A DNA stretch of 64,000 bases from Dipteris shenzhenensis (lineage: Eukaryota): the NCBI GenBank assembly GCA_047967505.1, contig CM106538.1; one strand, 5' to 3'. The notes beneath the pieces are model-generated. The model had not been told where the DNA came from. It searched no databases and saw only the letters and a list, made by a program, of their open reading frames with translations. The position numbers and the translations under genes are program-made. This document shows positions 63,210 through 64,000 of the stretch, piece by piece; the first letter of the stretch is position 1; every line of letters starts with the position of its first letter.

Positions 63210-64000
63210 ACCCTTTGAAAAATAATATAAAAACTACATTAAACTCTTGTTTTCTCTTTTTTTTTAATATAATTTTTTAAAAAACAAACTATATATGTTT
63301 TTACAATTAAATGAAAACTTCCCCAATTTGAAAAATAATATAAAAACTACTTTAATCTATTTTTTTAAATTAAAAAAATAGATGATTTTAAAATACAAAA
63401 TATATACATTTTGACATTTAATTTAAAACTTCACTAACATGAAAAATAATATAAAAACTACTTTAAACTCTTGTTTTCTTTTTTTTTTATAAATGATTTT
63501 TTAAAACAAAATTTAAATGTTTGTATATTTAAATAAAACCTTCACTAATTTGAAACATAACATAAAAACTGCTTTAATCTCTTTTTTTTTAAATAGATGA
63601 TTTTAAAAAACAAAATATATACATTTTGACATTTAAATAAAAACTTCACTAATTTAAAAAATAATATAAAAACTATTTTAAACTCTAGTTTTCTTTTTTT
63701 TAATAGATGATTTTTAAAAACAAAATTTAAACGTTTTTATATTTAAATAAAAACTTCAGTAATTTGAAAAATAACATAAAAACTACTTTTTTTAAAAAAA
63801 GATGATTTTAAAATACAAAATATATACATTTTGACATTTAATTTAAAACTTCACTAACTTAAAAAATAATATAAAAACTACTTTAAACTCTTGTTTTCTT
63901 TTTTTTTATAGATGATTTTTAAAAACAAAATTTAAACGTTTTTATATTTAATTTAAAAGTTCACTAATTTAAAAAATAACATAAAAACTACTTTAATCTC
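63210..64000. repeat. AT-rich satellite, ~100-113-bp monomer, at least 7 copies, running off the window
   Basis: Recurring 'aaaaataa(t/c)ataaaaactactttaa...gatgatttt...aaaacttcactaa'. Confidence 0.93.

Overview
Eukaryotic, TE-saturated land-plant DNA; the TE families and gene architecture suggest a large-genome seed-free plant such as a fern (inference). The only intact-looking host gene is a signal peptide peptidase (SPP). Its first six exons (minus strand, 27043->20095) splice cleanly in frame; the remaining exons are not visible, implying an intron of >20 kb filled with nested retroelements. That intron holds a TSD-flanked chromoviral Ty3/gypsy element with a tRNA-Glu-like PBS, a Ty1/copia element and head-to-tail (TC)n-tailed LINEs. 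Upstream of SPP, in order: an L1 endonuclease relic, a tandem array of long hairpins whose loops occur in both orientations, an ~18-kb region bounded by ~175-bp inverted repeats and carrying a decayed Sola-like transposase, a lipoxygenase gene fragment fused to a hAT transposase, a near-intact ~6-kb gypsy element, and an AT-rich satellite with dimeric structure. The gypsy element is circularly permuted (opened inside integrase, single LTR), as expected for a re-integrated 1-LTR circle. Family assignments come from motif recognition by eye, not database searches.
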